Made by a program: the position numbers and the translations under genes. Positions 9,593 through 19,531 of a DNA stretch of 64,000 nt are shown piece by piece. Position 1 is the first letter of the stretch. Every line of letters begins with the position of its first letter. Below the pieces are notes generated by a model. That model saw nothing but the letters and a program-made list of their open reading frames with translations. It did not search any database and had not been told where the DNA came from. The DNA comes from an uncultured Bradyrhizobium sp. (GTDB lineage Bacteria > Pseudomonadota > Alphaproteobacteria > Rhizobiales > Xanthobacteraceae), in contig CAYREH010000002.1 of NCBI GenBank assembly GCA_964423245.1, positions 225,191 through 289,190 of the forward strand, read 5' to 3'.

Positions 9593-10358
9593 GCCAGTCC
9601 GGCGGCTCCTCGATATAGCGCCCCGGCCGCGACAGCGGCGCGGCGAGGTCGATCCATTGCGCCTCGCCCGCCGCCAGCCAGAACGCCTTGTTCGCGTCGA
9701 GGTCCAGCACGATATGCGTCGGCGGCCGGCCCGGCTGCAGGCCCGCGTTGAACACCCAGGTCTGCCCGAGCCGGTCGTACCACGAGCCGTCCTTGATGAA
9801 GGGCGACTGGTGCACATGGCCCGAGATCACCATCGCCGGCTGATATTGCGTGATCCACTGAACCAGCTCGACATCGCCGAAGAAGCGCTTGCCGCCCCAG
9901 CTGGTCGGCGATTCCGCCGGTGGCGCATGATGCGCCCAGATCCAGCGCTGCGGCCGCATCGCCGCGGCCTCCTGCAATTGCGTGACGAGGCGCTGCTTGA
10001 CCAGCGGGCCGTCCCACCACGGGCACACCGTGAACAGCGTATCGCCGATCGCAAGGCTGTCGCCGTCGCAGGCGACGCCCATGTCGCGCACTTCCGAAAT
10101 CCAGCGCGAGATCTTCTCGCCTTCCGGATTGCGTTCGTCGAGATCGTGATTGCCGGAGCACAGGATCACCCGGGTCTGCGCGGCAAGCAATGCGAGATAT
10201 TTCTTCACCACCACGATCTGTGCGCGAAAATCCACCATCGAGGAGATGTCGAGCGCATCGCCGGCGAAGATCACGAGGTCGAATTGCGGGGCTGCGGCAA
10301 CCAGCCAGTCGAACTGTGGCAGCGCGTAATGCAGGTCTCCCACGACAAGGCAGCGCAT
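9531..10358 (-). CDS. Metallophosphoesterase (Icc-like)
   Basis: DLH, GD, GNHD, HHAPP, GHVH motifs. Confidence 0.9.
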   Translation of the reverse strand: MRCLVVGDLHYALPQFDWLVAAAPQFDLVIFAGDALDISSMVDFRAQIVVVKKYLALLAAQTRVILCSGNHDLDERNPEGEKISRWISEVRDMGVACDGDSLAIGDTLFTVCPWWDGPLVKQRLVTQLQEAAAMRPQRWIWAHHAPPAESPTSWGGKRFFGDVELVQWITQYQPAMVISGHVHQSPFIKDGSWYDRLGQTWVFNAGLQPGRPPTHIVLDLDANKAFWLAAGEAQWIDLAAPLSRPGRYIEEPPDWLTFLGRIADPSLARPRAAAG

Positions 10359-10567
10359 CGAAAATCCAATGGGTTAGGGAATCGAAATATCGAGCAATTC
10401 CAAAGACCGGACGGAGCAAGGACAGCGCCGCAGGACATGCGTGTCAAGTAGACCGAATGGCACGGAGTCCGGTCGTCAGCAGCATAGCACCCCAGAGGCC
10501 GGGGCGAGCAAGAGGAGTCCGTGCCTCCCCTGGAAGCCGGTGCGGCCCGTGACGGACCATGCCTCGT

Positions 10568-12907
10568 TCAGGGCCGCGCGATTCGGCTCAAGACCCGGCC
10601 CGCACCGGACGACAAGCCGGCGAACCAACCGGCTGCCGGCGCCTTGGGACGTCGAGCCAGGAATTCGATCGACCTGACATGGACGCCGAGGACCCTCTCG
10701 TCGTTGCTGATGCCGGCATCGCGCGGACAAAATTCGCTCGCGCACGAGATCTCGAAGACACAAGTCTCGCCCCGCAGCTTGTCCGTCAGGTCCACTTCGA
10801 ACTCCATCCTGTCGGCTTGCCGGGACACGCAAGAGAGCGGTCTTCCATCCTGCTTCAAGGTGACGTCAGGCCCGCGAAAATCCGGCATGAAGGACAGAAC
10901 CAGCACCCCGGGGGATGACAACCAGCCCGCTGGAATGCGGACGGTCGCCGATCCTCCGTCGCTCCAGCGTCCGCCGGGCTCGTCGTGCAGCCAGCCACGG
11001 CCCAGATAAGGGGCGTCATTTCCGTCTTCACCAAACCGAATCGCGTGCGGCTCGACGCTCGGTCGCAAATGGTCCGGCGGAGGAGCGCCGGCCTCGATCG
11101 TCGCAAGCAATTCGGCCCGGATGGCCGACTTGTCGTCGCCGGCGCCGAGTGCCAGGGACAGCGCCCGATCATGGCTCTGGGCAGGCCACAGCAGGTCACG
11201 CGCGCGTTCGACGTTGTCGCGGCGTTCCCGCAGCAGATCCTCATTATCCAGCAGGTGCATGATCTGTCGCTGCATCTCCGCCGGGCCATCCGCTGGCGGG
11301 ATCAGGCCGACAATGGCGCCGGGAAGTCCGCGCAGCGCGGTCGAGGTCGCCACCAGCGGGTGACCAGCAACGATCGCGGTGAGCGTCTTGATGGCGACGC
11401 CCGTGCCATGCCGTTCGGGACAGACGGACAGGCGGCTGACGTCGCGAAGGCTGTCGATGTCCTTGACGTAACCTAGCCAGTGCGTGTTCGGCAGCCTCTC
11501 CTTCCATTTCGACTCGAGGCTGTCGTTGATCCGGCCCGCGATCGCGATTCGGAGACCCGCCATGGACGGGTTGCCGTCGACGACGTCCTGGAGAAAATCG
11601 TCGAGGCCCTGGATGTTGAAAGGGTGGGGATTCATGACGATGCAAATGTCCCACCGCGCGGCACTGCCGGCTTCCCGGGCGGGACGTGCGTAAGGCCTTG
11701 GAAGGACGTAAACGGTCGGCGCATGCCGTTTGATCTTGATCAGTTCCGACAGCGACAGGGCGATGCAGACGTCGGCGAGACTCCAGATCAGCCGCTCCAT
11801 CCGAAGATGCCGCTTGACCGAGGTGCGCGTGGGAAACACGGGGTGGTCTGCGAGCACCAGCGACCGCGTGACGCTCGAGCGTGTGATGTCGTCATGCGTC
11901 TCCAGCACGAGCTTCGCGGCGGGGCAGGCCTTGAGCGCAAATCCGGCGTACAAAGCATAGTTGACGACGACAATATCCGCGCGCGTCGCGAGCCGGGCGG
12001 CGAGCTCGTCCGCGATCACGGTCCGCATGAGGGTGCGCGCGGTGACGCGATAAAGCTCATCGGCGCTGGGCGCCGAGCAGCCGTGCGGTGTGGCTCCGGC
12101 ACAGGCGATCGTGTCCAGGTGAGCCGTTGCATCGACATTCGCTTCGGCGATCCTGCTTTTCATCAGTCGCCGAATGGTCGGGCCGGGTCCGGCCTCGGGC
12201 TCGACGATGATGCGCAGCACGAACCAATTCCGGTCCAGGAGCGAGTCGGTCTGGTTCGCGAACACGGTGTGGCTGCCGCCATACGGCCATGGCGGCTGAA
12301 TCTGGACAGCCAGAACCTGATCCGCAAGCGTGTCGGGGAAGGCCCCCGCGTTGCGCGCCAACAGTTGCGTGAGGCCGGCGCGCCGCGCTTCGGACCTCTC
12401 GATGGCAGCGAGACCCTCGTGTCGAAGCAGCTCGACCGTTGCAGCGTCTGCGACGAAGAGCACCGAGCGAAACGGCCAGCCCGCGCGCAACCGCTGGCCG
12501 AAGCGCGGAAAGGCGTCGGGCGTGGCGCCCGGCCTGACGATGACGATCGACGGACTATCGAGCCGGCCTTTGCGGTCGAGCAGCTGGAGCGCGCGCAGAT
12601 TATAGAGGGATTCGAGTTCGGCCAGCGACATGCCCGAGACGACGAAGCCTCCGAACAGCCGCGCCGACGAATGTACGGCATGCTCCTGGGTGTGATCGGA
12701 GCAGAACGCGACGCGCGACGGCGCCCAGGGAAAAACCTGTAAACGATGCGCCGGCACCTCAGGGAAAAGATCGCTATCGCCTATGTCGGGCTGGCTGACG
12801 ATCCAGCCGACCCGCAATTCATCAGACTCTATTTTGGTCAACCGGGACCTTGCAAACCATGAGAAGCATCGAGAGGCGTCAGCCTTGTCGGCGGCATCCA
12901 AATCCAT
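10568..12907 (-). CDS. Large GT-B (GT4-like) glycosyltransferase with extra domains
   Basis: LETHDD, WLGYVKD, GTGVAIKTLTAIVAGHPLVATS; C-terminal GWxxxEPGGRWS..DERVLG beta domain; start uncertain. Confidence 0.7.
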   Translation of the reverse strand: MDLDAADKADASRCFSWFARSRLTKIESDELRVGWIVSQPDIGDSDLFPEVPAHRLQVFPWAPSRVAFCSDHTQEHAVHSSARLFGGFVVSGMSLAELESLYNLRALQLLDRKGRLDSPSIVIVRPGATPDAFPRFGQRLRAGWPFRSVLFVADAATVELLRHEGLAAIERSEARRAGLTQLLARNAGAFPDTLADQVLAVQIQPPWPYGGSHTVFANQTDSLLDRNWFVLRIIVEPEAGPGPTIRRLMKSRIAEANVDATAHLDTIACAGATPHGCSAPSADELYRVTARTLMRTVIADELAARLATRADIVVVNYALYAGFALKACPAAKLVLETHDDITRSSVTRSLVLADHPVFPTRTSVKRHLRMERLIWSLADVCIALSLSELIKIKRHAPTVYVLPRPYARPAREAGSAARWDICIVMNPHPFNIQGLDDFLQDVVDGNPSMAGLRIAIAGRINDSLESKWKERLPNTHWLGYVKDIDSLRDVSRLSVCPERHGTGVAIKTLTAIVAGHPLVATSTALRGLPGAIVGLIPPADGPAEMQRQIMHLLDNEDLLRERRDNVERARDLLWPAQSHDRALSLALGAGDDKSAIRAELLATIEAGAPPPDHLRPSVEPHAIRFGEDGNDAPYLGRGWLHDEPGGRWSDGGSATVRIPAGWLSSPGVLVLSFMPDFRGPDVTLKQDGRPLSCVSRQADRMEFEVDLTDKLRGETCVFEISCASEFCPRDAGISNDERVLGVHVRSIEFLARRPKAPAAGWFAGLSSGAGRVLSRIARP

Positions 12908-13279
12908 TCCCCACCAGGATGCAAGCGCCTCTTGGCGCTCCGGCCTGATCGTGGCTGCAGGACCGGATCGGTCCGCCGGACTCCTGCTTCATTTTGCTGC
13001 TCGGAGCGATATTGTATGGCTCCATTCTGAGCCGCTCGCCTTGCGCCGGGAGATACAAGGATGTGGTCAATGATGCGTGTGCGCGTGATGTCGGCGACGC
13101 CGATCTGAAGGGGCGCGCAAGGGGCCATGATGACGTCATTGCGCGACGACGTCGTCATCTCCGGAAACAGTTGGAAATGGCGGGTTTCGACAAGCGAACG
13201 GAGCACGAAGCGGACCGTCCTGGCAGGCTCGCCGCGTCAATTCGGCGCATGCCCGCCGCCGTGTCCTCCTGTCCGCTCG

Positions 13280-14032
13280 CTATCCCTGACGCATCAGGTT
13301 CGCCACCGTATAGAGCGGTTCGACCGAGGGGAGGATGAAGCCGGCCCCCGATGAGCCGAGCTCGAGCGTGACGAAGATGCTGCCGGAAATGGCGGCCGCT
13401 CCGAGCAGGAGGAAGGTCACCGCCGTCCCGTTGCGGGGGGCGAACAGGCCGAAGCTGCTGAACAGCAGCGCCAGCCACAGGACCAGCATCACCAGGAAGC
13501 TCGTCGGCATGACCATGCGGGACTTCTCGAACAGCAGCCAGCGGGAGTCCTCGATCCCTTCGATCAGTCGAACCGCGCGCGCATAAAGCGCCTTTTCGCG
13601 CTCGTCGGCAGGCGCAAGTCCCAGCACGGCCCCCGAAAGCGCTCCGAGCCGGTCGAGCGTCGTCAGCCCGACATCATGCCCGCCCGACTGCGCCAGCTCC
13701 TCGGCCTTGGCCCTTGTGTAGGCCTGGAGATCGGTGCGGATGTGGGCGGTCGATGGTCCATAGGCGTGCAGCAGCCGGTCGAGCTTGAGCAGGTCCATCG
13801 CGATGGTCTCGATCGCGCCGGTGCGGAGGCTGAAAGACGTGCCGGCGCTGTTGAGAACGAGCCCGAGCACGAGGGCCGACAGGGTCCCGACGATGGCCAT
13901 GCTGACCGAGACGGCCATGCGGGTCGATTCCTCCCGATGGTTCTCGGGCAGCCGCCACGCCACCAGCAATCCGATGATGGAGCCGCCCGCGATGGCGACG
14001 AGGGCCAGAAAGCCCGCAACGATCGGCGTCAT
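13280..14032 (-). CDS. DUF4239 / bestrophin-like membrane protein
   Basis: TLSALVLGL, LDRLLHAYGP, SFGLFAPRN motifs; four hydrophobic segments. Confidence 0.78.
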   Translation of the reverse strand: MTPIVAGFLALVAIAGGSIIGLLVAWRLPENHREESTRMAVSVSMAIVGTLSALVLGLVLNSAGTSFSLRTGAIETIAMDLLKLDRLLHAYGPSTAHIRTDLQAYTRAKAEELAQSGGHDVGLTTLDRLGALSGAVLGLAPADEREKALYARAVRLIEGIEDSRWLLFEKSRMVMPTSFLVMLVLWLALLFSSFGLFAPRNGTAVTFLLLGAAAISGSIFVTLELGSSGAGFILPSVEPLYTVANLMRQG

Positions 14033-14171
14033 GAGGTCTTCCGCTTTGTCTCCAGCGACCGGGCAATCTTCTCCGGCCGGGTTCCATTTAGACATGCGTT
14101 ATTAATTTTCCTGCATAGTCCACTCGCGGGCTTGGTCACCGCCGGGAGCATCCGGCCGTGGGGGAGAGTTC

Positions 14172-14936
14172 ATGGGCGCCTTCGTCGGACGATCGATTCT
14201 GTTCTGGCCATGCCTCGTGCTTGCGCCCGCGGTGCTCGCGACGATGGAGCTCTTCCATCCCGCCAACTTCACCCATGCGCCCGGCATGTATGCCTATCTC
14301 TGCGTCTCCCAGCCTTACGATCCGGCCTTCCGCGCCCTCGGCTATTTCGGTCCGTGGTGGTGGGTGACGATGCATGCGATCCAGCTGCCCCTGCTGGGCC
14401 TCGTCGCCATTGGTCTGTGGTCTCTCGTCGGCGACATCTCGGGTGGGTTGGCGGGCGCAGCCGCGGCGCTGTCGCGCGCGGCCACCTTCGTCTTCGCCAT
14501 CTGCTACACGGCGCTCGACTCGATCGGCGGTATCGGCCTCGGCCGCTCCATTCTCAATCTCGAAAGTCTCCAGCAGGCCGGGCAGCTCACGCCGCAAGAG
14601 GCCGCGGGCGCCAGGAAGCTGCTCGATACCGACTGGCTCGATCCCGTGACGGGTGGAATGGGTTCGGTGATCTCCCTCGGCGGGTCCTGGGCCGTGCTGG
14701 CGGCAGCGGTGACGGCCGCGCTCGCGCTCGGCGCCGCGCGCCGGGCTCCCTGGCCGGCCCTGATCCTGCTCGCGGCATTCGGTTGGGAACTGCAACTCAC
14801 CCACGCGGCACCGCATGGGCCGATCGCCTTTGCGCTGCTGCTCTGCGCAGCCTTGTGGCTGCGGTTCGGAGTGAGCATACGCTGGCCCGTACGCGCCGAG
14901 GCCGAACTGGCCGCGGACGCAATGCCGTCGCGCTAG
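14172..14936 (+). CDS. Uncharacterised multi-pass membrane protein
   Basis: GGAGAG RBS, six to seven hydrophobic segments, coding-like codon usage. Confidence 0.75.
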   Translation: MGAFVGRSILFWPCLVLAPAVLATMELFHPANFTHAPGMYAYLCVSQPYDPAFRALGYFGPWWWVTMHAIQLPLLGLVAIGLWSLVGDISGGLAGAAAALSRAATFVFAICYTALDSIGGIGLGRSILNLESLQQAGQLTPQEAAGARKLLDTDWLDPVTGGMGSVISLGGSWAVLAAAVTAALALGAARRAPWPALILLAAFGWELQLTHAAPHGPIAFALLLCAALWLRFGVSIRWPVRAEAELAADAMPSR

Positions 14937-15052
14937 AGCATTTTCGGTTCTGATCGAGAGACAGAACCGAAGCTCTCGAGCCCTGCCTCGAGTCCTGCCT
15001 CGAGGCGTTGTCTCCGCGCGAACCGGTGTCCACCTCGCTCGAAACGCTCTAT
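14933..15052. repeat. Degenerate MITE-like dispersed repeat of Hyphomicrobiales type
   Basis: CTAGAGC start, hairpin TTCGGTTCTG/CAGAACCGAA, CGCGAACCGGT..CACCTCGCTCGAAACGCTCTA end; internal 12-bp tandem CTCGAG(C/T)CCTGC. Confidence 0.65.
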
Positions 15053-15144
15053 CTCAACGCAGCCGGCACGCAGGGGCGCTCCGGTCGTCGACGATCGGCT
15101 CGGTGCGGACAGGAACGCGGGGGTCCCCGCGGTGTTGCCTTGGC

Positions 15145-15354
15145 ATGACCAAGCCGCTCCCTGCCCTCATCGAGCACTCCCTGCAGATCGCCTGGAATTT
15201 TCTGGAGGGGACGGGTGCGATCGACGATCCTGAGCAGATCGCTGAAATCCTGCTGGGAAGCATCAAGACCCAGATTCTGAAAGGCGAAAGCCGCCCCATG
15301 ATGCTGTCGAACCGGGCTATCGCCGCGGTGGCGCATCATCGCAAGGCGGCATGA
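15145..15354 (+). CDS. Small hypothetical protein
   Basis: IEHSLQIAWNFLE.TG..GESRPMMLSNRAI resembles recurrent Bradyrhizobium small proteins. Confidence 0.7.
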   Translation: MTKPLPALIEHSLQIAWNFLEGTGAIDDPEQIAEILLGSIKTQILKGESRPMMLSNRAIAAVAHHRKAA

Positions 15355-15412
15355 AGCCGAGGCACAACGCGGCGATCTGTAGCAGTTGTTCGCACGGCCT
15401 GGTTTCGCCGGC

Positions 15413-15640
15413 TTACGGCAGCGGCGACCGTGTCCGGGTCGCGGCATCGTAGATCAGGATCTGCAGCATCGGAAACCGGCCCAGCAATTCGGCGCCCGCG
15501 GCCTGCGCGCCGTCTTCGCTGTCGTAATGCGTCTTGAAGTGTCCGTCGACCACCAGCGAGAAGCCGTGCGTCGGTGCAATGTCGGCGCGTTGAACCAGTC
15601 TCGGTTCAACCTCGTCGACCTGGGCGGCAATCTTCTTCAT
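15413..15640 (-). CDS. Small hypothetical protein
   Basis: GFSLVVDGHFKTHY..RFPMLQILIYDA; AAGGGA RBS. Confidence 0.72.
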   Translation of the reverse strand: MKKIAAQVDEVEPRLVQRADIAPTHGFSLVVDGHFKTHYDSEDGAQAAGAELLGRFPMLQILIYDAATRTRSPLP

Positions 15641-15710
15641 GGTGGTCCCTTCGATCTCCTGGACAGGCCGCCACGGCATGGTCCGGGCTGCCAAGTCCGG
15701 CCCGACTGTC

Positions 15711-16391
15711 TCAGTCGTCTTTTCTCACGATCTGCGGCTTGTCATAGAGGACGGCATTCAGAAGCGAATTGTGCACCTCGATCTTGCCGTTGTAGCTGAT
15801 GAAGCCGAGCTTGCGAAACTTGTTCATGAAGAAGCTCACCCGTGAGCGGGTGGTTCCGATCATCTCGGCGAGCGTCTCCTGACTGATCTTCACTGGAATC
15901 GGCTGAGGAACCCCGTCCTGGCCGAAATTCGCAAGCAGCAGCAGCAGGCGCGCCAATCGCTTCTCGCTCGAATTGAACAGCTGGTCGATCAGGTCTTCCT
16001 CGATGCGGCTGTTTCGGCTGAGAAGATACCCCATGAACAATTCGGAGAACTTCGGTTCGCTCTTGAGGGTCGCGAGCATCGCGCCTTTCGCGATCGACGT
16101 GATCACGCAGGGCTCCATCGCGACCGTCGTCGAGATTCGCAGCGAATGTCCGTTCAGGCAGCCTTCGCCGAAGAACTGACCGGTCTCCATGATTCCGACC
16201 ACGGCTTCCTTGCCCTGTTCGGAGACGACCAGAACCTTGATCTTTCCCTTCTGGATATAGAAGACGGTATCGGCGGGATCGCCCTGCGCATAGACGATCT
16301 GGTCCTTGCTGAACGTCAGGATCGCCTTGCCGTCGCCGACCTTGCCCAGAAAGACCTTCGGGTCGAATGCGCTCTTTGCCGTCTTGGGCAT
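15711..16391 (-). CDS. Crp/Fnr family transcriptional regulator
   Basis: cNMP domain (FFGEGCL) and HTH SQETLAEMIGTTRSRVS. Confidence 0.92.
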   Translation of the reverse strand: MPKTAKSAFDPKVFLGKVGDGKAILTFSKDQIVYAQGDPADTVFYIQKGKIKVLVVSEQGKEAVVGIMETGQFFGEGCLNGHSLRISTTVAMEPCVITSIAKGAMLATLKSEPKFSELFMGYLLSRNSRIEEDLIDQLFNSSEKRLARLLLLLANFGQDGVPQPIPVKISQETLAEMIGTTRSRVSFFMNKFRKLGFISYNGKIEVHNSLLNAVLYDKPQIVRKDD

Positions 16392-16529
16392 TATGGTCAC
16401 CTCTGCTCCAGCAGGGCCGACGCTCCGCCGGGGAAGCCGAACCTGCCGTCCACTTCCGACCTGTTCCACATCCGAACCGGTGAACTGTAGCTTCCGTCCC
16501 GGCCGGGTTGCAATGGGACCGGCGTTCGC

Positions 16530-16805
16530 TCAGCGTCTCTCGATGGTCTGGTGCCGATCCTTCATCAGGGCGGCATCGAGGTCGGTTTGGCTGATCAGGA
16601 AGGAGCGACGCGCAGGGACGGTCGCGGAGATCGCAGGCGTCGTGAAATGCGTCGCGACGCGTCGGTAGGCAGCCCGCGACAATCCTTCGATCGTCTCATC
16701 CTCGTTGACGACGACATAGTCGCCCGCAGGCAATGCGCCGTTGAGGCTCCAGAGACAGAACGGGTTTGCAAAAGAGACTGTGGTCCGTGTGGTTCGGATG
16801 GTCAA
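16530..16805 (-). CDS. Small hypothetical protein
   Basis: TTG start behind GGAG; F.NPF..LPAGDYVV..DETIEGLS..YRRVAT. Confidence 0.65.
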   Translation of the reverse strand: MTIRTTRTTVSFANPFCLWSLNGALPAGDYVVVNEDETIEGLSRAAYRRVATHFTTPAISATVPARRSFLISQTDLDAALMKDRHQTIERR

Positions 16806-17021
16806 GGCGAGATCTCCTGGTGGAGCGCGTGCATGGGCGAGGGAACCGTCGGGATCGGACACCGCGAGAGGCTCATCCAGTGAGAGGCTCATCGCGTGAC
16901 CTCGGCTCGCTGCAGGCCATCCCGCCCACGTCAAGCGAGGATGCGTCCCGGCGGCCATGGTCCCGCACGCCCGTTCGCAACTCGGTGACTGGGCGCATGA
17001 CGTGGGTCGGCTGCGCGCAGT

Positions 17022-17243
17022 TCATGCCGTCCCGTGATCAGGGCGCGGAGCATTCGTCGGGGCGACTGCTTCAGTGGCCTTGAACTCGCAGATGCGGCGA
17101 TTCAATTGCCACAATTCGATTCCGACGCCATCGACGAGCTTTGCCGCCTCTTCCTTCGCGGCTTCGTCGTCTTCGCAGTACAGATCGACGCGATTCTGGA
17201 TGTGACCGTCCGGGCCGATCACGTACGCCCGATATCCGTTCAT
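17022..17243 (-). CDS. Small hypothetical protein
   Basis: YRAYVIGPDGHI..C.DDEAA..LVDG..IELWQ. Confidence 0.75.
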   Translation of the reverse strand: MNGYRAYVIGPDGHIQNRVDLYCEDDEAAKEEAAKLVDGVGIELWQLNRRICEFKATEAVAPTNAPRPDHGTA

Positions 17244-17440
17244 GCCGGGGGCGCCAGCCCGGGAGACCGCAGCCAGGCGTTGATGTGAATGGCCGTCTCG
17301 GCCTGTCGGGCCTGCCGGACTGCGCGTTCGCGTTCATGGCCTGCCGGTAGCAATCGGGCTGTCTCACGCAGGCGCAGGGCTTCCTGGGCGAGGCGGTCGT
17401 CGAGGGAGCCATTTGGCTTGAGGCCACTTCGCTGAAGCAT
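17240..17440 (-). CDS. Small hypothetical protein (paralog of 19727-19927)
   Basis: SLDDRLA..LPAG.ER..AETA.HI..WLRSPGL; ATGA overlap with next gene. Confidence 0.72.
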   Translation of the reverse strand: MLQRSGLKPNGSLDDRLAQEALRLRETARLLPAGHERERAVRQARQAETAIHINAWLRSPGLAPPA

Positions 17441-17787
17441 CTGGCTGTCCTTTCCAGTGGGAAGAAAGGCGAGGGCGCGTGATGGCGTTCTCATCACCGA
17501 TGGATGCCAGGAGCTGCGCGGTGACCCGGGCAGGGTGACACGGTTGGGCCGGGAGATATGAGCAATAGCGCTCACTTCCCTGAAAATACTGTGCTGCACG
17601 TTGCACCGACGCCGCCCCAACTCCGAACGCGCTTCAGGACGCCCGCCCGGCAAATCCTCGAAACCGCCCAGCAGCGGTGCCGACGATGGTTCACGGCCAT
17701 GTCGGACAGGCCTCTCAGCCGTTCGGTTGATGACACCGCATGTGCCGCCTCATCAAAATGCTCCGCGAAACCAGGGAGAAACGTTTC

Positions 17788-18477
17788 ATGAAAACCCGCC
17801 ACAGTTGGAAGAGCCCTTGCGTTGCTCTGATGGCCATGGGCGCGCTGACCGTCGCCGCGCCGGCACAGGCTGCGAACGTGACGTTTTCCGCCACCCTCGA
17901 CCTGAGCGCTCCCGGCTTCTTCAACCCGTATGGAGGTTACAGCCAGGGCACGTCCAACGGGTGGTCGTCGATCTCGGCGCCGGTCACCATCGGCGCGGGT
18001 GACAGCTTCAGCCTGACCTATACGTTCCTCGCCGGGCAGTCGCTTCATGCCGCCACTCTCGATTATGTGACGGTCAATGTCTGGGATTGGAATCCCGCGA
18101 CCCTCACCACGGCCGACGGTGCCGCCTACAGCAACTTCAAGACAACCGGCACGATCTCGCTGCTTGGGGCCGACGGCTCGCCGGTCTACAGCTTCGCCCC
18201 CGCGGCGTATTCGGGTTGTTGTGTCCAGGTCGGCGGCGCCCGGGTCTCGACCCTGACCGACGTCACCTTCTATGGCGTCAAATACGAGGGCGTCCTCGAC
18301 GAGATCGACGCGCCGCGCCGATACAATCTGCCCGGCTTCGGATTCACCGGGACGTCGTTCGCGATCGTCGCCCCTCCCGTGCCGGAATCGTCCACCTGGG
18401 CCATGATGATCCTCGGATTCTGCGGACTCGGCTTGCTGTCCCGTCGCCGCAATCGGACACGGCTCGGCGCGGCCTGA
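17788..18477 (+). CDS. PEPxxWA-CTERM surface protein
   Basis: Signal peptide; C-terminal VPESSTWAMMILGFCGLGLLSRRR. Confidence 0.9.
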   Translation: MKTRHSWKSPCVALMAMGALTVAAPAQAANVTFSATLDLSAPGFFNPYGGYSQGTSNGWSSISAPVTIGAGDSFSLTYTFLAGQSLHAATLDYVTVNVWDWNPATLTTADGAAYSNFKTTGTISLLGADGSPVYSFAPAAYSGCCVQVGGARVSTLTDVTFYGVKYEGVLDEIDAPRRYNLPGFGFTGTSFAIVAPPVPESSTWAMMILGFCGLGLLSRRRNRTRLGAA

Positions 18478-18853
18478 TTGAGCTCAGGGCTTCGCGGAAA
18501 CGGGCAGTCCGAAATTGCTGGATGTTGGCGCGGCCGAGGGGATGAAACTCGGCCCGGATCGAAACTGGCGCGCCATTCAGAACAAAACCACGAACTCCTA
18601 TATTATTGAAATCTCGATATAATTGCCGCAGCTCCGACAATTTCCGGCGACCTGAGGGCGTCGGCAAGTGAGATCCCGAGCGTGCCGAATTCCTATACGA
18701 CGAACAGAACTTCGCACTCCCATCCAGTCGAGAACGGTCGAGTGTCGGGCATTTGAAGAGAATGTTGCGGTCAATGGCGGCAATATGCGCCAGGTCGTCT
18801 GGGATCGATATCGCGGGGTGCTTGTCCTGACAGATCTCGGGTCGCGCCGGCAT

Positions 18854-18878
18854 GGAACAATTCCAACGCAGCCACATT
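18854..18878 (+). promoter_or_regulatory. Putative EcfG (general stress sigma) promoter
   Basis: GGAAC-N16-CATT, 35 nt before ATG 18914. Confidence 0.45.
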
Positions 18879-18913
18879 AGTCCGGCCATCAACAGCACGG
18901 CGCAAAGGCACCC

Positions 18914-19142
18914 ATGCCAAGCTTCATCAAGGACGTCCTGGGCGACAACGGCCAGAGGGACGAGGGTCTGCCAAACCACCATCGAGCTTTATGCTCGGCA
19001 CGACAGGGAAGCAGAGCGGCAGGCCAAGGATCGATTCTGCCAGATCCGCGCCACGCACGATTGGTCTCTCCACGCCGATCGTCTGAAGGTCGATCCCGCC
19101 GACTTCCCGTCGCCAGCCCCCCTTCAGCAATGCGCTCAGTGA
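18914..19142 (+). pseudogene. Frameshifted small hypothetical gene
   Basis: FIKDVLGDNGQ in one frame continues as TRVCQTTIEL..AK.RFC..DWSLHADR in another; shift near 18955. Confidence 0.6.
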
Positions 19143-19291
19143 AGATTTGACGCCCGCTCAGGACGGCATCGCAACGGAAGCGGCGGGCAGTCCCAGAAGT
19201 TGTACGATCTGCCCAGTGAGCGGCAGATCGGTCACGCGTCGTCGATGCCGGCTATGGACACGTCTGGAAACCGTTTTACAAGACGGAGACA

Positions 19292-19531
19292 GACCCTGAA
19301 GCCGCAGCCCGCAAGCTGGTCGAGATAGCTTCAGGCATCAAGCCCATCCAGGATGGCCGCATCTATATCGAGAGGATCAACGCGTCTTTCCTTTTCAACC
19401 TGAAGGGGCGCGGCAGCGAGTTCAGCGCCGGGCTCAAATACGCGATCGAGCCCGGCTGGTTATGGAAGCACGAAAGCGGCACTTACCTGAAGCTAATGCC
19501 ACCCGGTGAAGAGATGCTGACTCGCAAATAG
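19292..19531 (+). pseudogene. N-terminally truncated hypothetical gene (not in ORF track)
   Basis: DPEAAARKLVEIASGIKPIQDGRIYIERIN..GWLWKHESGTYLKL*; no in-frame start nearby. Confidence 0.6.

Noticed and set aside
10459..10525. Imperfect inverted repeat GGCACGGAGTCC / GGAGTCCGTGCC as ncRNA or att site
   Set aside because: No recognisable RNA family, tRNA or second copy
14975..15005. Short tandem repeats here and at 44283 as CRISPR
   Set aside because: 12-bp units without spacers; no cas genes
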